A stretch of 64,000 bases of DNA from an uncultured Gammaproteobacteria bacterium (lineage in GTDB: Bacteria > Patescibacteriota > Microgenomatia > Levybacterales > UBA12049). A program made the position numbers and the translations under genes. The stretch is taken from NCBI GenBank assembly GCA_964553245.1, contig CAZKJM010000001.1, positions 209,806 through 273,805 of the forward strand. The letters are read 5' to 3'. Each line of letters begins with the position of its first letter. Position 1 is the stretch's first letter. Under the pieces are notes generated by a model that saw only the letters and a list, made by a program, of their open reading frames with translations, did no database searches and had not been told where the DNA came from. Below are positions 21,984 through 31,633 of the stretch, one piece after another.

Positions 21984-22135
21984 GAAGAATCACCTCCTCA
22001 CTTTCTTGCCAAATTTTCAAAAAGAAAACGGGCAGTGATTGTTTTTATCGTGTATTAATTTTATTAGTTTGTCAAGATTTTTTCTTTGCTTCAAAGTTAT
22101 TAATTTGGATTGAAATAACAATAAAAATCAAAAAG

Positions 22136-23368
22136 CTATTTTTGAGGTTTTATTACTGTTTTATTAAGATATTTTTGTAAAACTTTTGGTATTAAAACAC
22201 TACCGTCTTCTTGTTGATTATTTTCCAAAATTGCAACTATTGGTCTTGTAGAGAAGGCTGTTCCGTTTAAGATATTTGCGTATTCTGTTTTATTATTTTC
22301 TCTGTATTTAATATTTAATCTTCTTGCCTGAAAATCAGTAGTTGTTGACGTAGAAGTTACTTCTCTGTATTTTTCTTCCGATGGAATCCATGCTTCCAAA
22401 TCATATTTTCTGGCTGCGGGAAAACCTAAATCACCTGTACACATTTTAACAACCTGATAAGGAATTTCTAGGCTTTGCAAAAGTTTTTCTTCCAAGGATA
22501 AAAGAAATTCGTGTTCCTTGTCATCCTCTCCCTGTTTTACAAATGAAACCATTTCAATTTTATCGAATTGGTGAGCTCTTAAAATCCCTCTTGTGTCCTT
22601 GCCATAACTTCCAGCTTCTCTTCTAAAGCAGGATGAAAAACCAACGTACCTCTTGGGTAATTCATCCAAATTTAAAACTTCATTTTTGTGCATTGGAACA
22701 ATTGATTGTTCCGAAGTACCAACCAAAACTAATCCGTCTTTTTCAAAAATGTACATATCCTCATCTCCGCCATCTTCCATATAGCCAAGTCCCCTCATTA
22801 CTTCTTCTTTTACTAAAACGGGGGGTAAAACAGGAACGAAGCCTTCTTTAATTAAAGTTTCAAATGCCAGTTGTTTTAATGCAAATTCCAAAAGAACCCC
22901 ATCTCCTTTTAAATAATAAAATCTAGATCCGGAAATCTTCGACGCCCTTTCAACGTCTATAATCCCTAACTTTTCCCCTATTGTTAAATGGTCCTCCGGG
23001 ATGAAATTAAACTTCTTGGGGGAACCTTCTTTTCTTAAAACTTCATTTTCCTTATCGTTTTTTCCAACTTTTACATCTTTTTTGGGAGGATTAGGAAGCT
23101 GAATGATTATTTTTTTAATATCCTCATTAAGCTCTGTTAATCTTTTCTCTTTTTTGTCCAGTTCTTCTTTTATCTTTTTTCCTTTTTCTACATCTCTTGC
23201 TTTTGCCGCAATGTTCCTTTCTTCTCTCAATCTTTGAACGTTGACATTCAAAGCCTTTTGCTCCTCATCAAGTTTTAAAAGGTTCTGAATACTAACGTTT
23301 ACTCCTTTATTTCTTGCGCCCTCTTCGACAATTTTTAAATTTTCCTTAATAAATTTAATGTCTAACAT
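22136..23368 (-). CDS. serS: Serine--tRNA ligase
   Basis: MLDIKFI, GTSE, CFRREAGSYGKDTRG, DFQARRL, LNGT. Confidence 0.98.
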   Translation of the reverse strand: MLDIKFIKENLKIVEEGARNKGVNVSIQNLLKLDEEQKALNVNVQRLREERNIAAKARDVEKGKKIKEELDKKEKRLTELNEDIKKIIIQLPNPPKKDVKVGKNDKENEVLRKEGSPKKFNFIPEDHLTIGEKLGIIDVERASKISGSRFYYLKGDGVLLEFALKQLAFETLIKEGFVPVLPPVLVKEEVMRGLGYMEDGGDEDMYIFEKDGLVLVGTSEQSIVPMHKNEVLNLDELPKRYVGFSSCFRREAGSYGKDTRGILRAHQFDKIEMVSFVKQGEDDKEHEFLLSLEEKLLQSLEIPYQVVKMCTGDLGFPAARKYDLEAWIPSEEKYREVTSTSTTTDFQARRLNIKYRENNKTEYANILNGTAFSTRPIVAILENNQQEDGSVLIPKVLQKYLNKTVIKPQK

Positions 23369-23419
23369 ATTTAAATACTTCTGTATTATTTGTGATTATA
23401 ATCCCTAAGTAAAAACTAA

Positions 23420-24916
23420 TCAAACTAAATCGTTCAAAAACCTTTTTTTAATAAAATCTTTTTTTAAAGCAAGGATTAGCCAACCGGCCTTTGGTCCATG
23501 ATCTTTACCGATTAACGATAAATAAATTGCAGAGAATGCATCTTTTGAGGAGATTTCAGATTCTTTAGCCCATTCATAAAGTTCTCTTTGAAAACTTTCC
23601 GCGTCCCATTTCTTATCTAGCTCTACTGTAATTTTTTTTAGAAAACTTTTTTGCTCTGGACTTAAATCGCCAGCTTCTTTTGGAAGAGTTTTTTGAACAA
23701 GAAACTTTTCTGATTCTGAAGCGTATTTTTTAACCCAAACACGTGCGTAATCTGCCCAAGTCTCGAGCTTTTCTAATTTTATTTTTTCTTCCATATTAGG
23801 CATTTGTACCCATTGTGAAAGAATCGAAAATCTTATAAATGGTGGTTTTTCTACTTTTTCTATTTGGGACATTTCAAAAATCCTTGCGTTATCGTCTGCT
23901 TTTTTAGAAAAATATGCATCTGCCATTTTTTGATATTCATCATAAAGTTTTGGGAATAAATCAGGCTTTTTAATTGAAAATTCAACCGCCTGATTGGGTT
24001 TTGTTTTAATCATCAAAAATCTTGCAACTTGCGGGGGAATGACTTTTAATAATTCTTCTGAAGTTAATCCTATACCTTTTGAAGAAGCCATTTTTTTACC
24101 TTCTGAAATAAAAAATTCATAAGGAAGCTTAAGTGGTGGTTTCGCCTTAAACACATCGCTTAAAATTTTCATAGCAACATCGTAAGTTCCCCCCGCTGAT
24201 GCATGGTCTTTACCGGCTCCCTCTATTGTTACCCCGAATGTCCACCACTTAGCAGCCCATTCAACCTTAAATGGCATTTTTGCATTACCATTAAAAGGGG
24301 CAATTTTCCCTTTGTTTCCGCAGCCCTCTGCCCATTTGACCAAATCTTTTTTACACTCGTAGGAAACTTCTTTTCCGTCCCAATTAGTAACTTTTGTTGT
24401 ACCCAATTTACCGCATTTTGAACAAACAACCTGTAAAGGATACCAATTATCAGTAATTTTTTTGCTATAAATTTCCTCATATACCTTTCTTATTTTTTCC
24501 GCGTTGTCTAAAACAAATTTTATTGCTTTATTAAACGTTCCGTTTTTATATAAATTGCTTGTTTTATAAATTTCTGCCTGTATATTGAGTCTCTTAAATA
24601 AATCCTCCATTTTTCTTGAATAAAAATCACCAAATGATCCGTTACCATCAGGAGAAGGCGCAACCGAAATAGGAACTCCCATATATTTTTGATAAGATTC
24701 TTTTAATTCCGGCGGTAACCCATCTATGCAATCAAAATCATCAAATCCAAAAGTATATTTAACATCAGATCCTTTTTCTTTTAAAATTCTAAATAAAACA
24801 TCGTGGATTATCGGACCCTTAATCCCACCCATATGAATATTTCCGGATGGTGTCCATGAATCATTTATCCATTCTTTTTCTTTTCTGTCCTGAAGTAATT
24901 TGTCAGCCCAAAACAT
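23420..24916 (-). CDS. lysS: Lysine--tRNA ligase, class I
   Basis: MFWAD, PSGNIHMG (HIGH-like), CSKCG, EGAGKDH, KMASSKG, GPKAG. Confidence 0.93.
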   Translation of the reverse strand: MFWADKLLQDRKEKEWINDSWTPSGNIHMGGIKGPIIHDVLFRILKEKGSDVKYTFGFDDFDCIDGLPPELKESYQKYMGVPISVAPSPDGNGSFGDFYSRKMEDLFKRLNIQAEIYKTSNLYKNGTFNKAIKFVLDNAEKIRKVYEEIYSKKITDNWYPLQVVCSKCGKLGTTKVTNWDGKEVSYECKKDLVKWAEGCGNKGKIAPFNGNAKMPFKVEWAAKWWTFGVTIEGAGKDHASAGGTYDVAMKILSDVFKAKPPLKLPYEFFISEGKKMASSKGIGLTSEELLKVIPPQVARFLMIKTKPNQAVEFSIKKPDLFPKLYDEYQKMADAYFSKKADDNARIFEMSQIEKVEKPPFIRFSILSQWVQMPNMEEKIKLEKLETWADYARVWVKKYASESEKFLVQKTLPKEAGDLSPEQKSFLKKITVELDKKWDAESFQRELYEWAKESEISSKDAFSAIYLSLIGKDHGPKAGWLILALKKDFIKKRFLNDLV

Positions 24917-24956
24917 AAGCTCATTATACTAGATTTGTAAACAAAAATGCAGTAAA

Positions 24957-26717
24957 TCAATAGTCTTCCAATGTGGAAAGATCACCTAGTGGCAAGCCGA
25001 GCTCTTTTGCTTTTAAAACTCGCCTCATAATTTTTCCTGATCTTGTTTTTGGAAGCTTATCGATAAATTCAATTTCTCTTGGATATAAATGCCCTGCAAG
25101 GTTATTTTTTACAAACATTTTTATTTTTTCCTTTGTCTTATCGTTTTTTTCTACTCCCTGTTTTAAAACAACGAATGCTTTTATTATTTCTCCTCTTGTC
25201 ATATCTGGCTTTCCGATTACCCCTGCTTCTATAATGTCCGGATACTCCACTAAAGCGCTTTCCACTTCAAACGGACCAACTCTTTCCCCTGCAGTTTTTA
25301 TTACATCATCTGTTCTTCCAAAAAACCAAAAATATCCATCGTCATCTTTATAAGCTCTATCTCCTGAAACATACCAATCCTTAATAAAATATGACTTATA
25401 CTTCTCATCGTTTTTCCAAATTTGCTTCATTAAAGAAGACACCGTATCTTTTTTAATTGCTAGGTTTCCTTCTTTATTTGCAGGAAGTTCGTTCCCTTTC
25501 TCGTCAATTATTGCAGCAATAACTCCGGGAAAAGGTTTTCCCATAGAGCCTGGTTTTATATCTAAAGAGGCATAATTTGATACGGAAATTGCACCAAGCT
25601 CTGTCTGCCACCATGTATCGTGAAAGGGTAAATTAAATGCCTCTAGCCCCCACCATATTGCCTCAGGATTAAGCGGTTCACCAACGCTTACCAAATGCCT
25701 TAAAGACGATAAGTTAAAATCTTTTGCTTTGACTTTTGATCCCATTAACATTCTTATTGCAGTTGGAGCCGTATACCAAACATTAACCTTATATTCCTCG
25801 ATTATTTTGTACCAATTTTCGGGCGAAAATCTCCCCTCGTAAAGAATTAATGTTCCACCAAGACCAAGAATTCCCAAGACATTGTAAACTACCCCTGTAA
25901 CCCAACCAAGATCTGCCGTACACCAATATCTCTCATCTTCATGAATGTCTAATACATATTTTGTTGTTAATATTGCTTGAAGAATATCGTAATGTGAATG
26001 AGCTACGCCCTTTGGTTTTCCGGTAGTTCCTGAAGTATATAAAATATACGAAAGGTCATTTTTATCCGTGTGGACAGGCAAAAAATTGTCCGAAGCATTA
26101 TCCATTTCTTTTTGGTAATAAACAATTCTTTTTTCTTTTGGTTGATCGACCGATCCCCTTTCTACAATTATTATTTTTTCAAGACTCGGTAAATCTTTCC
26201 AAATTTTTTTAATTCTTGGGAAAAGAACAGAATTGGTAACTAAAACCTTGGCTTCACAATCTTTTAGCCTATCGAAAAGTGCAATTTCCTGAAACGCAGG
26301 AAACAATGGGCCTGCTACAGCTCCAATTTTTAGAATTCCGATAAAAGAAATATGCCGCTCGGGAATATTTGGCAAGAAAATAAAAACACGATCTCCTTTT
26401 TTTACTTTATTTTTGATTAATACGCTGGCAAATTTGTTTGTAAGTTTTTTAAGCTTTTCGTAGGTATATTCTTCTTTATTTCCTTTTTCTCCTTCAAAAT
26501 ATATGGCTATTTTGTTCCTTCCTTTACCAAGAGTATGCCTATCAACAAGATTATAGGAGATGTTTAACGAACCATCTTTAAAATAATCAATTTCTTTTTC
26601 AAAATCTTCTAGTAAAAATTTTTTAGAAAACTCAGCGTAGTCTATAAAATTAGGTTTTTTTAAAAAGCTCTTAACGTCTTTGTGGATTATATTTTGATTA
26701 CTATTCACTGGATGCAC
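24957..26717 (-). CDS. acsA: Acetate--CoA ligase (AMP-forming)
   Basis: YTSGTTGKPKG, WCTADLGWVTG, SVGEPLNPE, DTWWQTE, LPKTRSGKIMRR; exact start uncertain. Confidence 0.92.
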   Translation of the reverse strand: MHPVNSNQNIIHKDVKSFLKKPNFIDYAEFSKKFLLEDFEKEIDYFKDGSLNISYNLVDRHTLGKGRNKIAIYFEGEKGNKEEYTYEKLKKLTNKFASVLIKNKVKKGDRVFIFLPNIPERHISFIGILKIGAVAGPLFPAFQEIALFDRLKDCEAKVLVTNSVLFPRIKKIWKDLPSLEKIIIVERGSVDQPKEKRIVYYQKEMDNASDNFLPVHTDKNDLSYILYTSGTTGKPKGVAHSHYDILQAILTTKYVLDIHEDERYWCTADLGWVTGVVYNVLGILGLGGTLILYEGRFSPENWYKIIEEYKVNVWYTAPTAIRMLMGSKVKAKDFNLSSLRHLVSVGEPLNPEAIWWGLEAFNLPFHDTWWQTELGAISVSNYASLDIKPGSMGKPFPGVIAAIIDEKGNELPANKEGNLAIKKDTVSSLMKQIWKNDEKYKSYFIKDWYVSGDRAYKDDDGYFWFFGRTDDVIKTAGERVGPFEVESALVEYPDIIEAGVIGKPDMTRGEIIKAFVVLKQGVEKNDKTKEKIKMFVKNNLAGHLYPREIEFIDKLPKTRSGKIMRRVLKAKELGLPLGDLSTLEDY

Positions 26718-26743
26718 TAATTATACAATATTTTATTGTTAAA

Positions 26744-27214
26744 TTAGTCTACTGATACCACTGTGTATAAAATTTTTCCTGCTGGAGCCTCTACTTCGAT
26801 TTTTTCTCCCACTTTTTTGCCAATTAACGCTTTTCCCAATGGTGATTCGTGGGATATTTTCTTTTCTTTTGGATCAGCTTCCCATTCGCCAACTACCATA
26901 AAAGTTTCTTTTTTACCTTTTACATTAAGGATTACTTTCGATCCAAGTTTAACAATATGATTTGTATTCTTTGAGTTTTCTTCTATAAGAACTACCTGTT
27001 TTAACAATTCTTCCAACTCCTCTATTCTTCCATCAATAAACGAAAGCTCTTCTTTGGCTGCTGTATACTCTGCGTTTTCCGAAAGATCTCCCATGCTTCT
27101 TGCTTGAGAAACTCTTTCTAAAACATCCGGTCTTTTAACCTTAACTAATTCTTCTAGTTCTTTTCTTAACTCTCCTAGCCCTTCTTTTGTTAAATATATT
27201 TTTTTTATATCCAT
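26744..27214 (-). CDS. greA: Transcription elongation factor GreA
   Basis: GDLSENAEY.AAK, ISHESPLGKALIG. Confidence 0.97.
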   Translation of the reverse strand: MDIKKIYLTKEGLGELRKELEELVKVKRPDVLERVSQARSMGDLSENAEYTAAKEELSFIDGRIEELEELLKQVVLIEENSKNTNHIVKLGSKVILNVKGKKETFMVVGEWEADPKEKKISHESPLGKALIGKKVGEKIEVEAPAGKILYTVVSVD

Positions 27215-27228
27215 AAACTCTCCTATTT

Positions 27229-27312
27229 AAAATAAAATCCCTCCAATTTTTGAGGGAGATGGGAGGGCAGTTTTACCTTAGGGATGATATCTGAAATTCA
27301 ATTTTTTGTCAA
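27229..27312 (-). promoter_or_regulatory. greA promoter with terminator-containing leader
   Basis: TTGACA-17-TATCAT, then TCCCTC-N8-GAGGGA-TTTTATTTT before the SD. Confidence 0.7.
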
Positions 27313-27355
27313 TGACCTCTAGTATTTTTTGGCTCATTTTAGCCTTATTTTTACA

Positions 27356-28195
27356 TTATAGGTCTTTTTTTAAACTCTTTTTGTATTCTCTTAAAATGCG
27401 TTTTTGATGATCAAAAGGATGGAAAAAAAGGGATTCATTAGATATTTTTTCCGATGTAATATGTCTCTTCATATAAAAAAGTTGAGGTACCATAAATAAG
27501 TAATCTAAGTACCTAAATAAGCTTTTTTTTGTATCAATATTTGGATAATTACGCTCAATAATTTTCATACTGTTTGGCATATAATTAAAAACCCATATAT
27601 TTTTATTTAAAAACTTCTGGTAAGTATTATCTTTATTTAATATCGGTAATAATTGAATAATTTCGTGAGCAAGATAAATATTTTTTTTAAATTTTATATG
27701 TCCTTCGTCTAAAAACATATTCAAACAAATTTTGTTTTTAACGTTTTTATCTTTTCTTTTTCTATGTTTTCCTAAGAGTTTAAGAATTAATATTGTAAAA
27801 AACCTCGTAATCCAAACTGTATTTTTTTTAGCAATAATAAAAAAATCGATATCGTCTTCTTCGTCGGCATTTTTTAAAGACAAATTACCACTTATGCCTA
27901 TTAATTTTATTGTTGGAATTAATGAAAGTTTTCTTGCAATATTTTTAGCAATTTTTATTTTTTCCAAACTTTGTTTCTCACGTTTTCTTCTTAATTCAAC
28001 TATATAATCTCTTCCTTTTAAAAAATAAAAGCCGTTTTTAAAAGATATTTTTTTTATTTTTTTTAATGATTGAAAAACTTCTTCTTTTGTAAATGTCTCA
28101 TTGGTAATCAATGATTGAAAAACTTCTTCTTTTGTAAGAGGATAATTAAATATATTGCTATAGAGCAGTGTTTTTAATATCGCTTTACTGCCCAT
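27356..28195 (-). CDS. Hypothetical protein with nucleotidyltransferase-like motif
   Basis: LIGISGNL...DDIDFFII resembles the Pol-beta superfamily hG[GS]...DhD motif. Confidence 0.7.
   Translation of the reverse strand: MGSKAILKTLLYSNIFNYPLTKEEVFQSLITNETFTKEEVFQSLKKIKKISFKNGFYFLKGRDYIVELRRKREKQSLEKIKIAKNIARKLSLIPTIKLIGISGNLSLKNADEEDDIDFFIIAKKNTVWITRFFTILILKLLGKHRKRKDKNVKNKICLNMFLDEGHIKFKKNIYLAHEIIQLLPILNKDNTYQKFLNKNIWVFNYMPNSMKIIERNYPNIDTKKSLFRYLDYLFMVPQLFYMKRHITSEKISNESLFFHPFDHQKRILREYKKSLKKDL
28065..28137. repeat. Perfect 28-bp direct repeat (period 45) inside a CDS
   Basis: aatgattgaaaaacttcttcttttgtaa at 28065-28092 and 28110-28137 (TKEEVFQSL twice). Confidence 0.9.
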
Positions 28196-29639
28196 ACTGA
28201 TTTATAATTTGATCAAGTCCCTTTACTAAGGTTTCCACTGCAGTTTCGGGAGAAACTTCATTCAATATTGAATTAACTGCTGTTTCTAAATATTTTGACG
28301 CTTTATCATTTAATCCATTATCGTATGTGCTATCTACAAGAAGCGAAGAATTTGCGGTTTTAGCTTGTTCTACGAAAGGATAAACCTGTTCGTTGGTCTT
28401 TAGAGAATCTGCAAGGTCTATTCTTGCATAAGGCTCCCCAAATTGTCTCGTTTTTGACTGTTCCGTAAATAATTTCTGTGTTGTTTCTTTTTTTGCCAAA
28501 AACTTCATGAATAAAAGTGCTTCTCTATGGTACTTGCTTTTAGAAGAAATTCCTTCAACCCAATAACTTGCCATATTAATGGTTTCTCCCGGAAGCTGTG
28601 GAACAAGATATGTTTTAAAGTTTAAATTTGGATTTAGCGCCTTAATCGTAAAAGCATCCCATGAATACCCAAAGCACATTGCTAAATTTTCTTTAGCAAA
28701 AGCCAGTATTGAATTATCTAAAGTATTATCCCAAACGCTTCCCTCTCCCTTTGCAAAAGCAGTATAAAACTGTAGCGCATCAGCCGCTGCTGTTTTTGTC
28801 GAAGTTATATTGTTAATGTTTACGCCATTTTGCAAAAAGAGTAAAGATATGATATCGGGAGCATGGCTTATATTAGAATAGGATCCCATTGCAGCTCCCG
28901 CAGTTTTAATTTTTCCTGACTCATCTTTTACTGTTAGCCTCCTGGCAAGCGCTGCAAATTCTTCCCAATCGCCCGGCGGATTATTTACACCCAAAGCGCT
29001 TAACAAATCGCTATTTACATATAAAGCAAGTGTATCTATACCCAAAGGAATACCGTAAATTGCTCCGTTTTTAATTAAGTCTTTTTGCAAAACAAAATAA
29101 TAATTTTTCTTAAAATCTTCAGCTGAAATTACGTCACTGGGTAAAGGAAGCAATAGTTTTGAAAACATCGGATACCAGGTATTGTGATATCTAAATATAT
29201 CCGGTCCCGTATTATTGTTAATCCTAGTTGTTAATCTTTCCCTATATTGCTTAATATCTTGCTTTACGTAATCAATTTTTATTGTTGGATTTTCTTTTTC
29301 AAATTCAGAAATAATTGACTGCATTGTCGACTTATCTTCCCAAAGCCCCCAATAAACCAAAGTTACGTTTTCGGTTTTTTTACCGGCAAATAAAGGAATT
29401 ATAAATCTAATAATCAAAAAAACGACTAAAGCCAATACTATTATTCCAACAAAAAATTTTAAAATATTTTTTAGCGAAAAATTTTGTTTTTTTCCTGAGG
29501 AAATATCTACCACGCCTATATCTTGAGGTGCGTATGCTGAGCCTGCAGAATTTTGAACATCGGCTGAAGCCGAAAGTTGATTACTATTAGTTGGTTGATT
29601 TTCCACTGGTTGGTTTTGAAAAATAGTGTTTTCTGCCAT
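28185..29639 (-). CDS. Membrane-anchored sugar-type ABC solute-binding protein
   Basis: TM, LVYWGLWE, FEKENPTIKI, GPDIF, IYGIPLGIDTLALYVN. Confidence 0.85.
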   Translation of the reverse strand: MAENTIFQNQPVENQPTNSNQLSASADVQNSAGSAYAPQDIGVVDISSGKKQNFSLKNILKFFVGIIVLALVVFLIIRFIIPLFAGKKTENVTLVYWGLWEDKSTMQSIISEFEKENPTIKIDYVKQDIKQYRERLTTRINNNTGPDIFRYHNTWYPMFSKLLLPLPSDVISAEDFKKNYYFVLQKDLIKNGAIYGIPLGIDTLALYVNSDLLSALGVNNPPGDWEEFAALARRLTVKDESGKIKTAGAAMGSYSNISHAPDIISLLFLQNGVNINNITSTKTAAADALQFYTAFAKGEGSVWDNTLDNSILAFAKENLAMCFGYSWDAFTIKALNPNLNFKTYLVPQLPGETINMASYWVEGISSKSKYHREALLFMKFLAKKETTQKLFTEQSKTRQFGEPYARIDLADSLKTNEQVYPFVEQAKTANSSLLVDSTYDNGLNDKASKYLETAVNSILNEVSPETAVETLVKGLDQIINQYGQ

Positions 29640-29685
29640 AAATATACTTAAATATAGTATAATACCAAATGCGCATTGTTATCAA

Positions 29686-31149
29686 ATGAAAACTTCTTCC
29701 AAGAAAACAAAAAATAAAGTCATTAAAAAATCTAAAGGTAAAAAAAGGGGAAAAATATATTTTTTTAAAATACTATCCTCGTTTTTTTGGTTTTTAACCG
29801 GGGTTGTATTAGCCACTTTTTTTCTAAGCAGTTTTGTTTACGCTTTTTTTAGAATTGCGTACAGAAATGTCGTTTATCCGGGAATAATTATTAATAATAT
29901 TGATTTCGGAGGAAAAACATCAAAGCAGGTAATCGATTATTTTGAAAAAAAGAATAATTTTGCAGATAATACTTTTTTCTCTTTAAAATACGAGGATAAA
30001 GCTGCCACGGTTTCCGCAAAAGAGGTTAATCTTGGCTATGATTCAAAACTATTGGCTATTCAGGCAATGAGTATAGGAAGATCAAAAAATTATTTTTCCG
30101 ATATTAGCATTATCCTCCAAGCCTACACAAACGGCGTTTACCTAAAGCCATCATTTACTTATTCTGAAGAAAAACTGAAAGAAAAAATTGATTCAATAGT
30201 AAAAGATATCGAAAAAAAACCAGTAGATGCTCAATTTAAATTTGAAAATAATCGCGTAACCACTTTTAAGCCATCCGAAGACGGACTTTTAGTAGATATA
30301 CCGGAACTGATTGAACAAATTTTTTCAAAAAGCAAAATTGTGGTTTCCTCAAATAAACAAAAAACAATAATAATAAATATTCCGACAAAAATTGTAAAAC
30401 CTTCTGTAACCACAGATGAAGTAAACGATCTTGGAGTAAAAGAATTAATAGGAACAGGTACTTCTCTTTTTCAACACTCTATTCAAAATAGAATTTATAA
30501 TGTTACACTTGCTTCAACAAGACTAAATGGAATATTAATAAAACCAAACGAGGTCTTTTCTTTTAACAATGCGTTGGGTGATGTCTCATCTTTTACAGGG
30601 TATCAACAAGCATATATTATCCAAAATGGAAGAACCGTTCTTGGTGATGGAGGCGGAGTATGTCAGGTTTCCACAACGCTTTTCAGAGCAGCTTTGGATG
30701 CAGGTTTACCAATCATTGAAAGATGGGCTCATGCATATAGAGTAGGCTATTACGAACAAGATTCAGGACCCGGATTAGACGCAACTGTATATTCACCCAT
30801 AAATGATTTGAAGTTTAAAAACGACACGGGAAAACACATTTTGATGCAAGCAGAAATTGATCCAACAATCTTAAAATTAACCTTCTATTTATATGGAACC
30901 AAAGATGGTAGAATTTCTATTGTTAATAAACCAGTAACACTAAGCCAATCTCCCCCACCTCCACCGCTTTACCAAGACGACCCGAATCTTCCCAAGGGAA
31001 CAATTAAGCAAGTAGATTTTGCTGCTTATGGTGCAAATGTTTATTTTACAAGACAAGTAACAAAAAATGGTAAAATAATTATCTCCGATAAATTTGTCTC
31101 CAATTACAAACCTTGGCAAGAGGTTTATTTAAGAGGAACTAAGGAATAA
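29686..31149 (+). CDS. VanW/YoaR-family protein with peptidoglycan-binding and G5-like regions
   Basis: FSFNNALG, GGGVCQVSTT, GLDATVY, DLKFKN; start revised to MKTSSKK. Confidence 0.88.
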   Translation: MKTSSKKTKNKVIKKSKGKKRGKIYFFKILSSFFWFLTGVVLATFFLSSFVYAFFRIAYRNVVYPGIIINNIDFGGKTSKQVIDYFEKKNNFADNTFFSLKYEDKAATVSAKEVNLGYDSKLLAIQAMSIGRSKNYFSDISIILQAYTNGVYLKPSFTYSEEKLKEKIDSIVKDIEKKPVDAQFKFENNRVTTFKPSEDGLLVDIPELIEQIFSKSKIVVSSNKQKTIIINIPTKIVKPSVTTDEVNDLGVKELIGTGTSLFQHSIQNRIYNVTLASTRLNGILIKPNEVFSFNNALGDVSSFTGYQQAYIIQNGRTVLGDGGGVCQVSTTLFRAALDAGLPIIERWAHAYRVGYYEQDSGPGLDATVYSPINDLKFKNDTGKHILMQAEIDPTILKLTFYLYGTKDGRISIVNKPVTLSQSPPPPPLYQDDPNLPKGTIKQVDFAAYGANVYFTRQVTKNGKIIISDKFVSNYKPWQEVYLRGTKE

Positions 31150-31156
31150 ATCCGCA

Positions 31157-31633
31157 ATGAATAAAATTCTAAGTATAAAAAAAGCGCTAGACTTTTCCAA
31201 TGAATTTAACTTATTAAATAAAAAAATTGTGATCGTAGGTGGGTGTTTTGATATTGTTCACAAGGGTCATCTTGCTTTTTTAAAAGCTGCAAAAAAAAGA
31301 GGGGATAAGCTATTTATATTGCTAGAGGAAGATGAAAAAGTAAAAAAAATGAAAGGTAAAAATAGACCTATTCATAATCAGAAATCAAGAGCTAAAGTTC
31401 TTTCTCTTGTTAAAAACGTTGACTTTGTTGTTTTATTAAAAAATATGAAAAAAGATGAAGATTATGCTAAACTACTACTTCAAATAAAACCATATGCTGT
31501 TGCGATTACAGATGGAGACAGAAATAAAGATCGAAAAAAAATACAAGCAGAAAGCGCAGGAGCAAAATTAGTTACGGTTATAAGAAGGATGAAAAATATA
31601 TCAACTAGTGAAATATTAAAAAAAGTTATATGA
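31157..31633 (+). CDS. Cytidylyl/adenylyltransferase (RfaE domain II/TagD family)
   Basis: GGCFDIVHKGH, KGKNRP, STSEI. Confidence 0.85.
   Translation: MNKILSIKKALDFSNEFNLLNKKIVIVGGCFDIVHKGHLAFLKAAKKRGDKLFILLEEDEKVKKMKGKNRPIHNQKSRAKVLSLVKNVDFVVLLKNMKKDEDYAKLLLQIKPYAVAITDGDRNKDRKKIQAESAGAKLVTVIRRMKNISTSEILKKVI

Noticed and set aside
29686-31149. Vancomycin-resistance locus
   Set aside because: VanW-family domains are widespread and no vanHAX or vanRS genes are present
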